In this document: piece after piece, positions 9,931 through 20,437 of the stretch
How positions within the stretch are numbered: position 1 is the stretch's first letter
How the letters are laid out: every line of letters starts with the position of its first letter
NCBI GenBank assembly: GCA_963752255.1
Contig: CAVVXT010000012.1
Span: 96,001 to 160,000 of the forward strand
Length of the DNA stretch: 64,000 nt
Reading direction: 5' to 3'
DNA from: Nitrososphaeria archaeon
GTDB lineage: Archaea > Thermoproteota > Nitrososphaeria > JACIWG01
The notes under the pieces: generated by a model
What the model saw: only the letters and a program-made list of their open reading frames with translations
What the model was told of the DNA's origin: nothing
Databases searched by the model: none
Position numbers and translations under genes: made by a program

Positions 9931-11061
9931 TTACGATTTATGCAATGGATATTTACCGTATTTTCTTGCCTCATCGACCATAGTGTATATGTTTTCTACC
10001 TTAACGTTCGCATGAAGCGAATTGCTCGATGTCAGGACGTAGCCGCCTCCCTTCGCTGCTTCATCTATACATCTTCTAACGTCCTTTCTAACCGCTTCCT
10101 CATTCCCAAATGGTAGAACATTCCTACAGTCAACGTTTCCGGCGAGACAAATTCTGCTTCCATATCTTTCTTTTACATCTTTCAAGCTCATCACCCCCGG
10201 CTCAATAGGATGGAGACCTGTTATTCCCGTATTAACGATGTCATCAAGAATTGGGTATAGATTTCCATCCGAATGCTTCATCAAGGGTATACCATGTTTC
10301 TTAGCGATATTTACTATCTCTTTCAGCTTTGGGAGTTCATATTCTCTGAAAAGTCTAGGGTTCATCATTGGAGCTTTATTATCTGCGTAATCGTCTGTAA
10401 CAAATAAAACATCGATACCGGCTTCGATAAGGGATTCGGCAAACCCTTGACAGGTCTTTGAAATCTTGTCAAATAGCTTGCGGGCGAAGCTCGGGTTCTT
10501 GTAAAAGTCTATTGAAAGTTTGTCAATACCACCTCTAACTTGGAAAGCCATATGCCATCCGCTGTGGCATTGAGCCATTATTACAATATCCTCTCCCTTT
10601 ATCCTTCTTATCGTTTTCTGCATCATTTCTACGATGTCGGGATGGAAAGGATCTGGCGCTTGGTAAATATCTAGATCTTCTGGAGAATTTATTGTACCTC
10701 CTACAAAGTATGTAGTTTTGGATCGCTGATCCGTCTGCATTATTCTACCCCAGTGGTCTATGTACCTCTTCTCGTCGATATACTTGGGTTTATAGTCCTT
10801 GGTTGTCAGTGAATAGTCTGACATTGCCGCAACCGCGTCGAAGTCGATCTTCTTGCATGCTTCAAACATAGAAAGTCTATAGTCTATAGACGACTGCCAG
10901 CTGTCGCTCCCCCCAGCCATACTTAATACTGGTCCAAGCTTCTTTCCCAAAATTGCTTCAACAATGGGGGGATCTAGAGCTAAATCTGTTATCGGCACGC
11001 AATCTGGTTCCTTCAAATCAAGTGCTGTGAAGAATCGTTCCCGATGGTTCATACGATTCAT
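9931..11061 (-). CDS. Uroporphyrinogen decarboxylase-family protein (methyltransferase MT2-like)
   Basis: N-terminal RERF...EPDCVP, DHWG, DDY, HSDG, GNVD and GGYVL URO-D-like motifs. Confidence 0.85.
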   Translation of the reverse strand: MNRMNHRERFFTALDLKEPDCVPITDLALDPPIVEAILGKKLGPVLSMAGGSDSWQSSIDYRLSMFEACKKIDFDAVAAMSDYSLTTKDYKPKYIDEKRYIDHWGRIMQTDQRSKTTYFVGGTINSPEDLDIYQAPDPFHPDIVEMMQKTIRRIKGEDIVIMAQCHSGWHMAFQVRGGIDKLSIDFYKNPSFARKLFDKISKTCQGFAESLIEAGIDVLFVTDDYADNKAPMMNPRLFREYELPKLKEIVNIAKKHGIPLMKHSDGNLYPILDDIVNTGITGLHPIEPGVMSLKDVKERYGSRICLAGNVDCRNVLPFGNEEAVRKDVRRCIDEAAKGGGYVLTSSNSLHANVKVENIYTMVDEARKYGKYPLHKS

Positions 11062-11190
11062 CTACTGATGCCTTGCAATTATTCTTATAAGCTTTTAACT
11101 AATCATTAAGCTGATTCTGAACGTTGTTTGAGTGTTGATCTCAGCGAAACTTATAAATGAAAGCTTTTTAATGAAAAGTGAGCTTTAGAG

Positions 11191-13059
11191 ATGTCGAAAA
11201 GATTACACAAGGTTACTGTTTATCCAAAGGCTTCAATCATATATACAAGTGATGGAGAAACATTATTCGAAGCTTTACTTAAAAATGGAATAGAGATCGG
11301 GGGCATATGCGGCGGAAAAGGGTTATGTGGTAAATGTTATGTGAGGGTAGCTAAAGGCGCGGTATCGCCTTTGACTAAGCAAGAGGAAAGATGGCAAAGG
11401 GTGCTCGATTCAGATAGTAGACTGTCCTGCCAGATTCGGATTCTATCGGATGCTGAAATAGAATTGAATCAGCAGTCAAGGGCTTCCGGAACCAAGATTC
11501 TTGTTTGGGGACAAGAAGTAAAATCAGAACTAAAGCCGAATGTGACCAAATGTAGGGTGGTGTTGAAGAAACCTTCCCTAGATGATCAAGAAGCAGATCT
11601 TAACAGACTTCTCTTATGTTTAGACATTGAAAGGTACGACAGCCTTATACTAAGAAAAGTTTCAAATGTGATGTGGAATTCTGACTTTGACGTTGATGTA
11701 GCTATTTTCGATGATGAACTAATCGACCTGTGTCCACATTTTGAGGCAGGTCACTTATACGGAATAGCTTTCGATATAGGTACAACAACCGTTGTTGGCT
11801 ATCTACACGATTTAGAGGACGGAAAATTGTTAGCTATCAAATCTCACTACAATGAACAGATAAAATTTGGAGAAGATGTTATTAGTAGAATCGAGTTCGC
11901 AAACAGGAATGAAGAAAATCTGTCCAAGATGCATTCGGCGATAATTGAGACTGTAAACAGAATCATCTCTGAACTTTTAGAAGAGGCAAAAGTAGATTCC
12001 GAAAAGATTTATGATATCGTCTGTTCCGGCAACACCGTCATGTGCTCTTTTCTCCTAGGGAATAGTGCCTACTACTCTTCGCGTGTACCATATATTCCAC
12101 CTTTCACTTTACCCACGAAATCTAAGACAAGAGACCTAAAGGTTATTTCAAACAGAAACGCGTATCTTAGAACCCTGCCTTCAATAAGTGCCTACGTTGG
12201 AGGAGATCTGGTTGCAGACATACTTGTTTCAGGAATACATAGATTTAAGGAACCTGCTGCTTTGGTCGACTTGGGAACAAACGGAGAAGTAGTCATTAAG
12301 ACTGAAGACAGTTTTTTGGCATCTTCCTGCGCTGCTGGCCCCGCCCTTGAAGGATACAGCATAAGGAACGGTATGAGGGCGATGGAAGGAGCCATAGAGT
12401 CGGTATCCATAAGCGAAGATAACAACGAGGTCTTTTTCAAAACTATCGGTGGAATTGAACCTTTAGGTATATGCGGTTCAGGAATCGTTGAAGCACTGGC
12501 ATGGATGAAGATAAAAGGAATTGTTGATAGAACCGGAAGAATAATTCAGGGATCAAGTAAAAAAATTATCAAAGAAAATAGTGAACTCCAGTTTATACTC
12601 TTCCAAGAGAAAGGGAAAAGAATAGTTATAACACAAAATGATATTCGGAAGCTTCAGTTAGCTAAAGCAGCAATCTTCTCCACGCTACTGACGCTGGCAA
12701 AGCTGGGAAAGGTTGACATCAGAGACTTCAAGAAACTCTTCATCGCAGGCGCTTTTGGCACATACATCGAGCCTTTTTACGCTGCAGTGATTGGCCTATT
12801 ACCTGAACTACCCAATGACAGATATACCCAGATTGGAAATGGCTCTGGTGCGGGTGCAACCGCTCTGCTTTTGTCTAGAAATGAATGGAAGAAGGCGGAC
12901 TCTATCGTTAAAAAAGTTAAAGTTGTCGAGCTCAACCTGATAAAGTTCTTTAAAGATGAATTCATTAACGCAACCTTTATCCCTCACAAAGATGAATCGT
13001 TATTCGACAAGACCCTGAGCTCGATTCGCCCCTTAGATTGGAAAAGATATAGCGCCTAA
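11191..13059 (+). CDS. ASKHA-type corrinoid reductive activator (RACo) with N-terminal [2Fe-2S] domain
   Basis: CGGKGLCGKC...RLSC, DIGTTT, DLGTNGE, AAGPALEG, GICGSG and AGAFG motifs. Confidence 0.92.
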   Translation: MSKRLHKVTVYPKASIIYTSDGETLFEALLKNGIEIGGICGGKGLCGKCYVRVAKGAVSPLTKQEERWQRVLDSDSRLSCQIRILSDAEIELNQQSRASGTKILVWGQEVKSELKPNVTKCRVVLKKPSLDDQEADLNRLLLCLDIERYDSLILRKVSNVMWNSDFDVDVAIFDDELIDLCPHFEAGHLYGIAFDIGTTTVVGYLHDLEDGKLLAIKSHYNEQIKFGEDVISRIEFANRNEENLSKMHSAIIETVNRIISELLEEAKVDSEKIYDIVCSGNTVMCSFLLGNSAYYSSRVPYIPPFTLPTKSKTRDLKVISNRNAYLRTLPSISAYVGGDLVADILVSGIHRFKEPAALVDLGTNGEVVIKTEDSFLASSCAAGPALEGYSIRNGMRAMEGAIESVSISEDNNEVFFKTIGGIEPLGICGSGIVEALAWMKIKGIVDRTGRIIQGSSKKIIKENSELQFILFQEKGKRIVITQNDIRKLQLAKAAIFSTLLTLAKLGKVDIRDFKKLFIAGAFGTYIEPFYAAVIGLLPELPNDRYTQIGNGSGAGATALLLSRNEWKKADSIVKKVKVVELNLIKFFKDEFINATFIPHKDESLFDKTLSSIRPLDWKRYSA

Positions 13060-13111
13060 CATTTGAATTTCCTTTTCACTGTTAAAACAAAAGATTTTTA
13101 ATGGCTCACAG

Positions 13112-13969
13112 TTGTCCCTAATTCAGAGCTTAATGATACCTGTATTGCTTGTTACAGGAAAGGGAATAGCGGAAACGTGGGAAAAATCGCTAAAAACGTT
13201 ATGTAAAAACGGCATTAAAATTAAGACCGAATATGATAAACCAAAAGATCCACCTAGCATCGATGCTACAATGATAATGGTAGTAAGTGAACCTCTCTCT
13301 GAGCCAAGAATCCATCTATCTATCCCTTCTATGTTCAAGGACCTAGAGAAGTATAAACAAGAAGTGATTGAAGGCGTTCATGACCATTGGATTGACCCAA
13401 AAAGCGGAAAATGGACTTATACATACCATCAAAGACTTTTCAAATATCCCACACAAGAAGGATTCATCGATCAAATCGATTATTTAATCAACAAACTTGC
13501 AAGTGTCCCCTACACAAGAAGAGCTCAGGCAATAACTTGGAACCCTATGTTGGACCCCTCAACTGACGATCCCCCCTGTCTTCAAAGAATATGGCTAAGA
13601 TGCACCGAGGAAGATGGTGAGCTGAAGTTGAATATGAACACTCATTGGAGATCAAGAGACGCCTACAAAGCAGCTTTCATGAACATTTTTGCTCTAACCG
13701 AACTACAGAAAAAAATTGCAGCGATGCTATCAAAGAAGATCAAAAAGGGAATCGTAGTCGGTCAGTACACGGATATTTCCGATTCATATCACATATATGG
13801 ATCTTATTTAGACGACTTTAATAGCAGGTTCCTCAAGGCAATAGAATTAAGGGAATTTTATTCGGAGAACATACGCAATTCTCGAACCATAGCGAGTACA
13901 CATCCTATTGTTCTAAAAGAGTTTGAGCAAGGTAAAATGGAACTGGAAAAAGAGCTTAGATCCAAATAA
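13112..13969 (+). CDS. thyA: Thymidylate synthase (archaeal ThyA-type)
   Basis: YTYHQRL, TRRAQAITW, PPC (catalytic Cys), RSRD...N and SYHIY motifs; likely start 13133. Confidence 0.75.
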   Translation: MSLIQSLMIPVLLVTGKGIAETWEKSLKTLCKNGIKIKTEYDKPKDPPSIDATMIMVVSEPLSEPRIHLSIPSMFKDLEKYKQEVIEGVHDHWIDPKSGKWTYTYHQRLFKYPTQEGFIDQIDYLINKLASVPYTRRAQAITWNPMLDPSTDDPPCLQRIWLRCTEEDGELKLNMNTHWRSRDAYKAAFMNIFALTELQKKIAAMLSKKIKKGIVVGQYTDISDSYHIYGSYLDDFNSRFLKAIELREFYSENIRNSRTIASTHPIVLKEFEQGKMELEKELRSK

Positions 13970-14178
13970 TCGACCATTATTTACGTGAAAATGTAAATTG
14001 TGCAAAAAGTCGATCGACGTAGAAAGTAGACAACATAAGTCGGTGTTTTATGTTCAATCTATATAGTATTAACAGTGGAGAGATTTTGAGCATTTTATCT
14101 TCTAATGTTCAAATACTTAATGTTGAGGTAGAATCTTCGAAATCTCATAAGAAGCTATTCGCAAACTTTTAAAGGCAT

Positions 14179-15528
14179 TCAGGTTTCTAAATAGTCTTTA
14201 ACCTTGAGTTTTCCAACCTTTTGCTCGTAACTCGGTAGGGTTTGTTCAACCCTCTTTAAGGGGTCTCGATAAATATCATCCAATTTATCTTTCGCAGTCT
14301 CCAGATACCTTTTCTCGCTCTTGCCAAGTTCTAACCTTTGTTCTCCCATCATCAATATTGAAGCCTTTATTCCACTGGAGATAGTTCTAGAAAGCTCGTC
14401 CCCTCCACCGACTATGGCTCCCCCTATTTCACAAGCTATTTCTGGAGATAGAACAAAAGCCTGAGGGTCAACATATTTGTCGGATTCAACCAAAATATTC
14501 TTCAGTTCTTGCTGTTTTCCAATTTTTATCGCTGTGTTCATAATTTTTGTGTCATAGTGGAGAATCTCCAAAAAAACTTCTGGACCGTAGCCGCCGAAAA
14601 GCCTAACGTTTTCAACCTGCTCATTTGACCAAAGATCACAAACTCCACCGACAATGTTTCCGACAAGACTCGAATGTGCACAAGCAGCGGTCTTACCCTC
14701 CAATGACATAGGGTAACCTGTTATTGCCTTAATAATCACATTTTCATAGGCGCAATCCTTTCCAGGTCCAATAGCACCCTCCTCGTACGCTACTAGGCTT
14801 CTACATGCTGACATAGCCCTTACTATCGCTGCAAGAGAGTGGGGGATGACATTGTCTCTTAGACCCCCTGCAAGCCTCATTGAAGTATTACCAAATGCGC
14901 CAGCACTGTCACCACCCGCGATAACATTCTTATTCCTGGCGATTTTAACGATTTCCTTCCACAGTTTTTTCATATCGTAAGTTGCCAAGTACCCTAATGC
15001 CGCGACAATTCCAAGAAGGTCTTGCCTTATTACTGCGTAGTTAAAAAGTTCTTTTCCGCCTTCGGATTCTATCGAGAGGACATCAGCGCCATTAGAAGCT
15101 ACCTGCTCAAAAGCATCCATCATCCTATTGAATCCCCCTTCGTCGTTTTTTGGCTTGCCGAAATCCCTTATGTCTGGAACAGTTACTCTGAGAGCGAGTT
15201 GCATACCATATTCTTTAGAATATTCGTCTATCAGATTCTTCTGTAGTCTAGTTATTTCTCCTGGAAGAGTCGAATGCTGCATCTCAACATATGTCAATTC
15301 GGTTTCAAGCTGGAGTTTATCCACGCCTAAACTCGTTGCCCTCTTCAAAACCTGTTCTGTTATAGCTTTAAACTCTTCCTTCGAATCTTTGCCTACTCTT
15401 GGAAAATACTTTATCTCGGGTACAACACATCCTTTTCCTATCTCTAAGCCATTGCCATATATCAGGGGATGGCGGCTAAAACCAAAAACTAAACTATTTT
15501 TATCGAGCTCCACCTTGTTAAACTTCAT
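14179..15528 (-). CDS. mtaB: Methanol:corrinoid methyltransferase MtaB family
   Basis: LSIESEGGKE, GPGKDCAYEN, EGKTAACAHSS and DLWSNE motifs. ATG at 15528 follows a GGGGGAG SD-like motif. Confidence 0.85.
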   Translation of the reverse strand: MKFNKVELDKNSLVFGFSRHPLIYGNGLEIGKGCVVPEIKYFPRVGKDSKEEFKAITEQVLKRATSLGVDKLQLETELTYVEMQHSTLPGEITRLQKNLIDEYSKEYGMQLALRVTVPDIRDFGKPKNDEGGFNRMMDAFEQVASNGADVLSIESEGGKELFNYAVIRQDLLGIVAALGYLATYDMKKLWKEIVKIARNKNVIAGGDSAGAFGNTSMRLAGGLRDNVIPHSLAAIVRAMSACRSLVAYEEGAIGPGKDCAYENVIIKAITGYPMSLEGKTAACAHSSLVGNIVGGVCDLWSNEQVENVRLFGGYGPEVFLEILHYDTKIMNTAIKIGKQQELKNILVESDKYVDPQAFVLSPEIACEIGGAIVGGGDELSRTISSGIKASILMMGEQRLELGKSEKRYLETAKDKLDDIYRDPLKRVEQTLPSYEQKVGKLKVKDYLET

Positions 15529-15551
15529 ACGGAGCCTTGCTCCCCCCTTTC

Positions 15552-16211
15552 TTACGCTACCCACTGCTTGCAGAATCTTACTCCTTCTACCGCGTTCGAC
15601 CCATAGCTGTCGGCGCCTATGCTCTTGGCAAATTCTTCGGTGACAGCCGCGCCGCCAATTATGACTTTAACCTTCTTCCTTAAACCGGCTTTCTTAAGCT
15701 CGTCTACAACGTTTTCCATTTCCACCATTGTTACCGTCAGCAGAGCTGACATCGCGACTATGTTAGGCTTATCTTTCTTAACAGCATCGACGAACGCTTC
15801 TGCGGAGACATCGGCACCCAAATCTATGACGCTAAACTCAGATGCTTCAAGCATCATCGAGACAATGTTCTTTCCTATATCGTGAAGGTCACCTCTAACA
15901 GTTCCTATAACAACTTTCCCAATCTTCTTAATCTTGACACCCTTCAGTTTTGGCTCAAGTAGCTTTGTTACTTCTTTTCCAATTTCTCCAGCAACTATGA
16001 GCTCGGACAGAAAATATTCGGACGCTTCGAACTTTTTACCTACGATCTCCATACCTTGAGCTATACTTTTGAGGATTACTTGTTGTGGATCGACCCCCAT
16101 CTCCATAGCCTTTAGAGTATTCTCTTTTGATTTGTCAAAGTCAAGGTTTACTATATTGTCACGAATTGCTTCCAGAATCTCGTCTTTGTTCATATCTTCT
16201 CTCCGTCTCAT
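15552..16211 (-). CDS. mtaC: Methyltransferase cognate corrinoid protein
   Basis: B12-binding motifs GDLHDIGKN, SALLT and IIGGA; directly upstream of mtaB. Confidence 0.9.
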   Translation of the reverse strand: MRRREDMNKDEILEAIRDNIVNLDFDKSKENTLKAMEMGVDPQQVILKSIAQGMEIVGKKFEASEYFLSELIVAGEIGKEVTKLLEPKLKGVKIKKIGKVVIGTVRGDLHDIGKNIVSMMLEASEFSVIDLGADVSAEAFVDAVKKDKPNIVAMSALLTVTMVEMENVVDELKKAGLRKKVKVIIGGAAVTEEFAKSIGADSYGSNAVEGVRFCKQWVA

Positions 16212-16342
16212 TTATCAAATCTATATTTAAGTTTTTTCGTGAATGAGGATCCCGTTAAATATTTTTATTTTATTATTCAATCAGAACGCTGAGAGTCTTA
16301 TTTTCAGTGGAAAAAATTAATAAGTGTAGATAGAGTTCAATA

Positions 16343-17296
16343 CTAAAGCGTATTATATGATTTTATAATTTCCGCGTGGTCTATTTTTCCATCCCCGTCT
16401 TGATCGTAACCCTTAATTATCGAAGCATACCTTGACTGCCCATTGTAGAATTTTAGTATCTCTTCTGACAGTTCTGTCAAACCGATTATGGCCGATTTTG
16501 TTCCGAGATGTCTAATACCAGCTATAATTATGATACACTTTTCAGGGTCATAGGGATTTTTGATCTTGGAGATTAAAGCATCCGTCTCCCCCTGGTACAC
16601 ATTGCCATCTTGATCAATTAGACCTGACCAATAGTTTGGCTCCGCAAACTTTACAGGAAGATACTTATTTATTTCGGATGTTATAATATTTGTTACGGGA
16701 CCTCCTACCAAGATGAGGTTTTCATTATATAATCGTTCAGCTTTAATATCCGTATCTAAGCGGATAATGAAATTCTTTAGATTACTTGAATATTTTCCAA
16801 GGAAAAAAGATAATTCTGCTGCATAGTGACCGTCTCGTGCGACAGCCCTAAAAGGCCCATGTGGTTCAGGCGAACCTACAACAATGTACCCATTAAATGA
16901 GTCATCTTTGCAGAATTCTTTGAAAAATAAAGGGAATTTGTTATATAAATGATAAATTTTTAAAGCTTCTTCCTTTGATTCTTTAAATAGTATTGTAATT
17001 CCATTATTTGACAAGAGAACTCTTTTTGCACTAGCGCCGCGGATATTCTGTTCTTCGACTACGTTTATTATGCCAGATGTTATTAGTTTTTTAATGTGAT
17101 AGTAAACGCTTTGTTCGTTTAATGAAAGTTCTCTGGCTATCTCTCTGGCATACTTTGGCTTGTCTTCAATAGAATGGATTATCTTCCAACTTATCTCATT
17201 TGATAATACTCTCGTAGGGGTCAAGTCAAAAAATACTGAAGTATGGGCAGTAAGATTCTTATCTTCTTTTTGGTATGTTAAAAGTCCTTCAACCAT
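16343..17296 (-). CDS. ArsR-like HTH regulator with C-terminal S-layer-like domain
   Basis: HTH YAREIARELSLNEQSVYYHIKKL; C-terminal NLILVGGPVTN motif. Confidence 0.7.
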   Translation of the reverse strand: MVEGLLTYQKEDKNLTAHTSVFFDLTPTRVLSNEISWKIIHSIEDKPKYAREIARELSLNEQSVYYHIKKLITSGIINVVEEQNIRGASAKRVLLSNNGITILFKESKEEALKIYHLYNKFPLFFKEFCKDDSFNGYIVVGSPEPHGPFRAVARDGHYAAELSFFLGKYSSNLKNFIIRLDTDIKAERLYNENLILVGGPVTNIITSEINKYLPVKFAEPNYWSGLIDQDGNVYQGETDALISKIKNPYDPEKCIIIIAGIRHLGTKSAIIGLTELSEEILKFYNGQSRYASIIKGYDQDGDGKIDHAEIIKSYNTL

Positions 17297-17436
17297 TTTA
17301 AATCAAATTATAATATTTTATTTCTGCTTATAAGTTTTTATTGTCTTTACACCCAAAGGACTTATTAACGAAATACGAATATTAACAAATTAGATAGCGA
17401 TGGTGAATTTATACAGCTTATATCGACTTTTAAACC

Positions 17437-19215
17437 ATGTGCGGTATAATAGGTTACATAGGGGAAAATAGAGCAGCTCCAGTAATTTTTATGGCACTCA
17501 AACAATTAGAATATAGAGGATACGATTCCGCAGGAATTGCTACACTTGATGGAAATGGCAGAATCCAAATAAAGAAAGATATTGGACGCGTAGAAGAAAT
17601 AAATAAAAAAATTGACTTTCAATCCATGGAAGGTACAATGGGAATTGGACATACTAGATGGGCTACACATGGGGGAGTCACACGTGCAAATGCTCATCCT
17701 CACATTTCGAATAACAACAAGATCGTTGTTGTACATAATGGAATAGTTGAGAATTATCAAGAAATAAGAAAAATGCTTGAAGAAAATGGCTTCACCTTTT
17801 ATAGCGAGACAGATACAGAAACGATACCAAATCTGATAGAATTAGAAATGCGAAAAGGAAAAAAATTTGAAAGTGCTGCAATAGATGCGATAAGACAACT
17901 TGAAGGATACTATGCAATTCTCGCTATGTGTGAGGGTGAAAGAAAAATAATTGCTGCCAGAAATGGTTCACCACTTGTATTAGGCGTTGGAAAGAAAGAG
18001 AATTTTATTGCAAGTGATATACCTGCTTTTATAGAGCATACAAAAGATGTGATATATGTGTATGATAAAGACTTTATAACTATAGGCTCCGATAATGAGA
18101 TTAAATTCTTTTCTTTGAAGGAAAATAAAGAAGTGGCAAGACCTATACATAGTGTAGATTGGAGTGTTGACCAGGCGCAAAAGGGTAATTTTGACCATTT
18201 CATGATGAAAGAAATATCAGAACAAGTGGATACAATTCAAAAGGCAGCGAATCAAGATACAAAAAACCTCTTTGCCGTTGCTGATGCCATTAATAAAGCA
18301 AAAGGAGTGTTTTTAGTGGCCTGTGGTAGCTCGTACCATTCATGCCTTTCTGCGAGCTATATTTTTTCCAAAATCGTTAAGATGCATATAAATGTGGTAT
18401 TAGCCTCAGAGTTCTCGAATTATGAGCATTATCTTACTCCTGAAACACTTATAATAGCTGTTTCCCAGAGTGGAGAAACCATTGATGTCTTGGAGGCTGT
18501 TAGCACTGCAAGAAGAAAAAATAGCCAAGTTATGTCTATAGTAAACGTAGTTGGTTCATCCCTACACAGAGACTCAGATAAGGCTCTAATGTTAAATACA
18601 GGGCCAGAAATATGTGTCTTATCAACGAAGACTTATACGGCACAACTAGCTGTTCTTTCGCTTTTGGCGTATACCGTAGTAGGTAGGTATGAAGAGGGTC
18701 TCTCTAATCTTAGATATCTATGGAATTCGATCTACAACCTAACATCTGTAAGTACAAGAGAACATATAAAACAAATAGCAGATAAACTAAAAGACAAAGA
18801 ACACATATTCTTAGTTGGACGAGGACTGATGTACCCTACTGCGTTAGAAGCTGCATTAAAAATCAAGGAGGTATCATACATTCATGCTGAGGGTTTCAGT
18901 GGAGGGGAATTAAAACATGGAACAATCGCTCTGATAGAAGATGGTACACCATGTATAGTTTTTTCTTCAAGAGAAACTGAAAGGGACATCGTATCAAACG
19001 CAATGGAAATAAAGGCAAGGGGAGGATATATTATAGGTGTTAATTCAAAGAATAATCCCGTCTTTGACTTCTTCATAAAAACAGCTGATTCAGATACCTT
19101 GGACCCTATAACACACATAATCCCAATTCAAATTCTTGCATATCAACTGGCAGTACTCCGTGGTTATGATCCAGACAAACCGAGAAATCTTGCTAAATCG
19201 GTGACCGTAAAATAA
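17437..19215 (+). CDS. glmS: Glutamine-fructose-6-phosphate transaminase (isomerizing)
   Basis: MCGI, EYRGYDSAG, GHTRWATHG, SQSGET and PRNLAKSVTV motifs. Confidence 0.97.
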   Translation: MCGIIGYIGENRAAPVIFMALKQLEYRGYDSAGIATLDGNGRIQIKKDIGRVEEINKKIDFQSMEGTMGIGHTRWATHGGVTRANAHPHISNNNKIVVVHNGIVENYQEIRKMLEENGFTFYSETDTETIPNLIELEMRKGKKFESAAIDAIRQLEGYYAILAMCEGERKIIAARNGSPLVLGVGKKENFIASDIPAFIEHTKDVIYVYDKDFITIGSDNEIKFFSLKENKEVARPIHSVDWSVDQAQKGNFDHFMMKEISEQVDTIQKAANQDTKNLFAVADAINKAKGVFLVACGSSYHSCLSASYIFSKIVKMHINVVLASEFSNYEHYLTPETLIIAVSQSGETIDVLEAVSTARRKNSQVMSIVNVVGSSLHRDSDKALMLNTGPEICVLSTKTYTAQLAVLSLLAYTVVGRYEEGLSNLRYLWNSIYNLTSVSTREHIKQIADKLKDKEHIFLVGRGLMYPTALEAALKIKEVSYIHAEGFSGGELKHGTIALIEDGTPCIVFSSRETERDIVSNAMEIKARGGYIIGVNSKNNPVFDFFIKTADSDTLDPITHIIPIQILAYQLAVLRGYDPDKPRNLAKSVTVK

Positions 19216-19303
19216 TTGAAAAACTATAAGCGTCAACGTATATTACAAAAAATAAAGTTAAAACAAATTTTCTTAACTACAATTAAATGAGAAACATCCA
19301 AGT

Positions 19304-20437
19304 CTATTTACTATAGTACGTTTGCCCATATTTCCAAGCTTCATCGAACATGGCAACAATGTTCTCTGGCGGCGTTAATGGTTGGATATTATGAACCGAC
19401 GCTAGAACGTATCCTCCACCTTTACCTAACTGATTTATTCTCAACCTAACTTCTTCTCGAACATCTGATGGTTGGCTAAAAGGAAGAACATGCTGCGTGT
19501 CTATTGCACCCCAAAAGGCGACCTTGTCTCCAAACTTCTCCTTTAGATCTTTGCCATCCATCCCTTTTGCCGATACTTGGACAGGATTGATACCTGATAG
19601 ACCAGCATCAACAATGTCATCGATAAGGGAAGATATTGCTCCATCACTGTGAATTATGACCTTGGCTTTCGTTACGCGTTTGAAAGCGTCAACGATTTTT
19701 ATATGCTTGGGCTTAACGTACTTCCTATAAACTTGCGGCGATATTATGGCAGCTGTCTGAGTCCCTAGATCATCTCCAAAGAATACGAAATCGAGATAGT
19801 TGCCAATAGGTTTGACGTATTCTTCAATTAAACTAACCATTATACCCGCAACTTTTTCCATAATTGCATCAGCAATTTCAGGACGTAGTATTATATCAGC
19901 TAGAAACTGTTGATAGCCTCTGAGAAGCATCGAATGCGCAAAGGAGCCAACTATTACATATGGCAAACCTACAGCGTAGTCCTGTTTAGCAAGTCTTTCG
20001 GCCTGATCGATCATATCTTTGAGATCATAAGAGATGGTGTGTGAATCAGGCCAATTGAATTGCTCTATCTCTTCCATATCTTTTGCCTTTGCGAGTGGGC
20101 TGCCATCCTTTGTCACGTCATAATAATATCCTGTGAACCTCCTCTTAACACCCCATACATCTAGCATTTCTTTTGGATAGTTGAGCTCTTTTCCAGCAGA
20201 TTTTGGATAGATATACCTCGTATCTACGTGAAATTTCCTAAGAACTTTTTCGTCTGGTCTAGATGATCCACTAATCAAATCTAAAAGCCTGATTTTATCT
20301 ACGTCTATCTTAAGATTTCTAAGAAGAGGTTTATATGCTTCAACATGTATCGTGGAAACTGTTCCACCCATATCGATAGGTATACGGTCAGGCTGTTCAT
20401 GGTTGAGAGCAGACAGGACCCTTTCTCTGGAGTTCAA
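19304..20437 (-). CDS. Uroporphyrinogen decarboxylase-family protein
   Basis: MNSRERV...QPDRIPID, GDDLG, HSDG, NPVQ, FWGAID and HNIQ motifs. Confidence 0.85.
   Translation of the reverse strand: MNSRERVLSALNHEQPDRIPIDMGGTVSTIHVEAYKPLLRNLKIDVDKIRLLDLISGSSRPDEKVLRKFHVDTRYIYPKSAGKELNYPKEMLDVWGVKRRFTGYYYDVTKDGSPLAKAKDMEEIEQFNWPDSHTISYDLKDMIDQAERLAKQDYAVGLPYVIVGSFAHSMLLRGYQQFLADIILRPEIADAIMEKVAGIMVSLIEEYVKPIGNYLDFVFFGDDLGTQTAAIISPQVYRKYVKPKHIKIVDAFKRVTKAKVIIHSDGAISSLIDDIVDAGLSGINPVQVSAKGMDGKDLKEKFGDKVAFWGAIDTQHVLPFSQPSDVREEVRLRINQLGKGGGYVLASVHNIQPLTPPENIVAMFDEAWKYGQTYYSK

Noticed and set aside
9931-20437. Calling the URO-D-like genes hemE or mtaA
   Set aside because: They lack the HemE RQAGR motif and the MtaA HxC...C zinc ligands.
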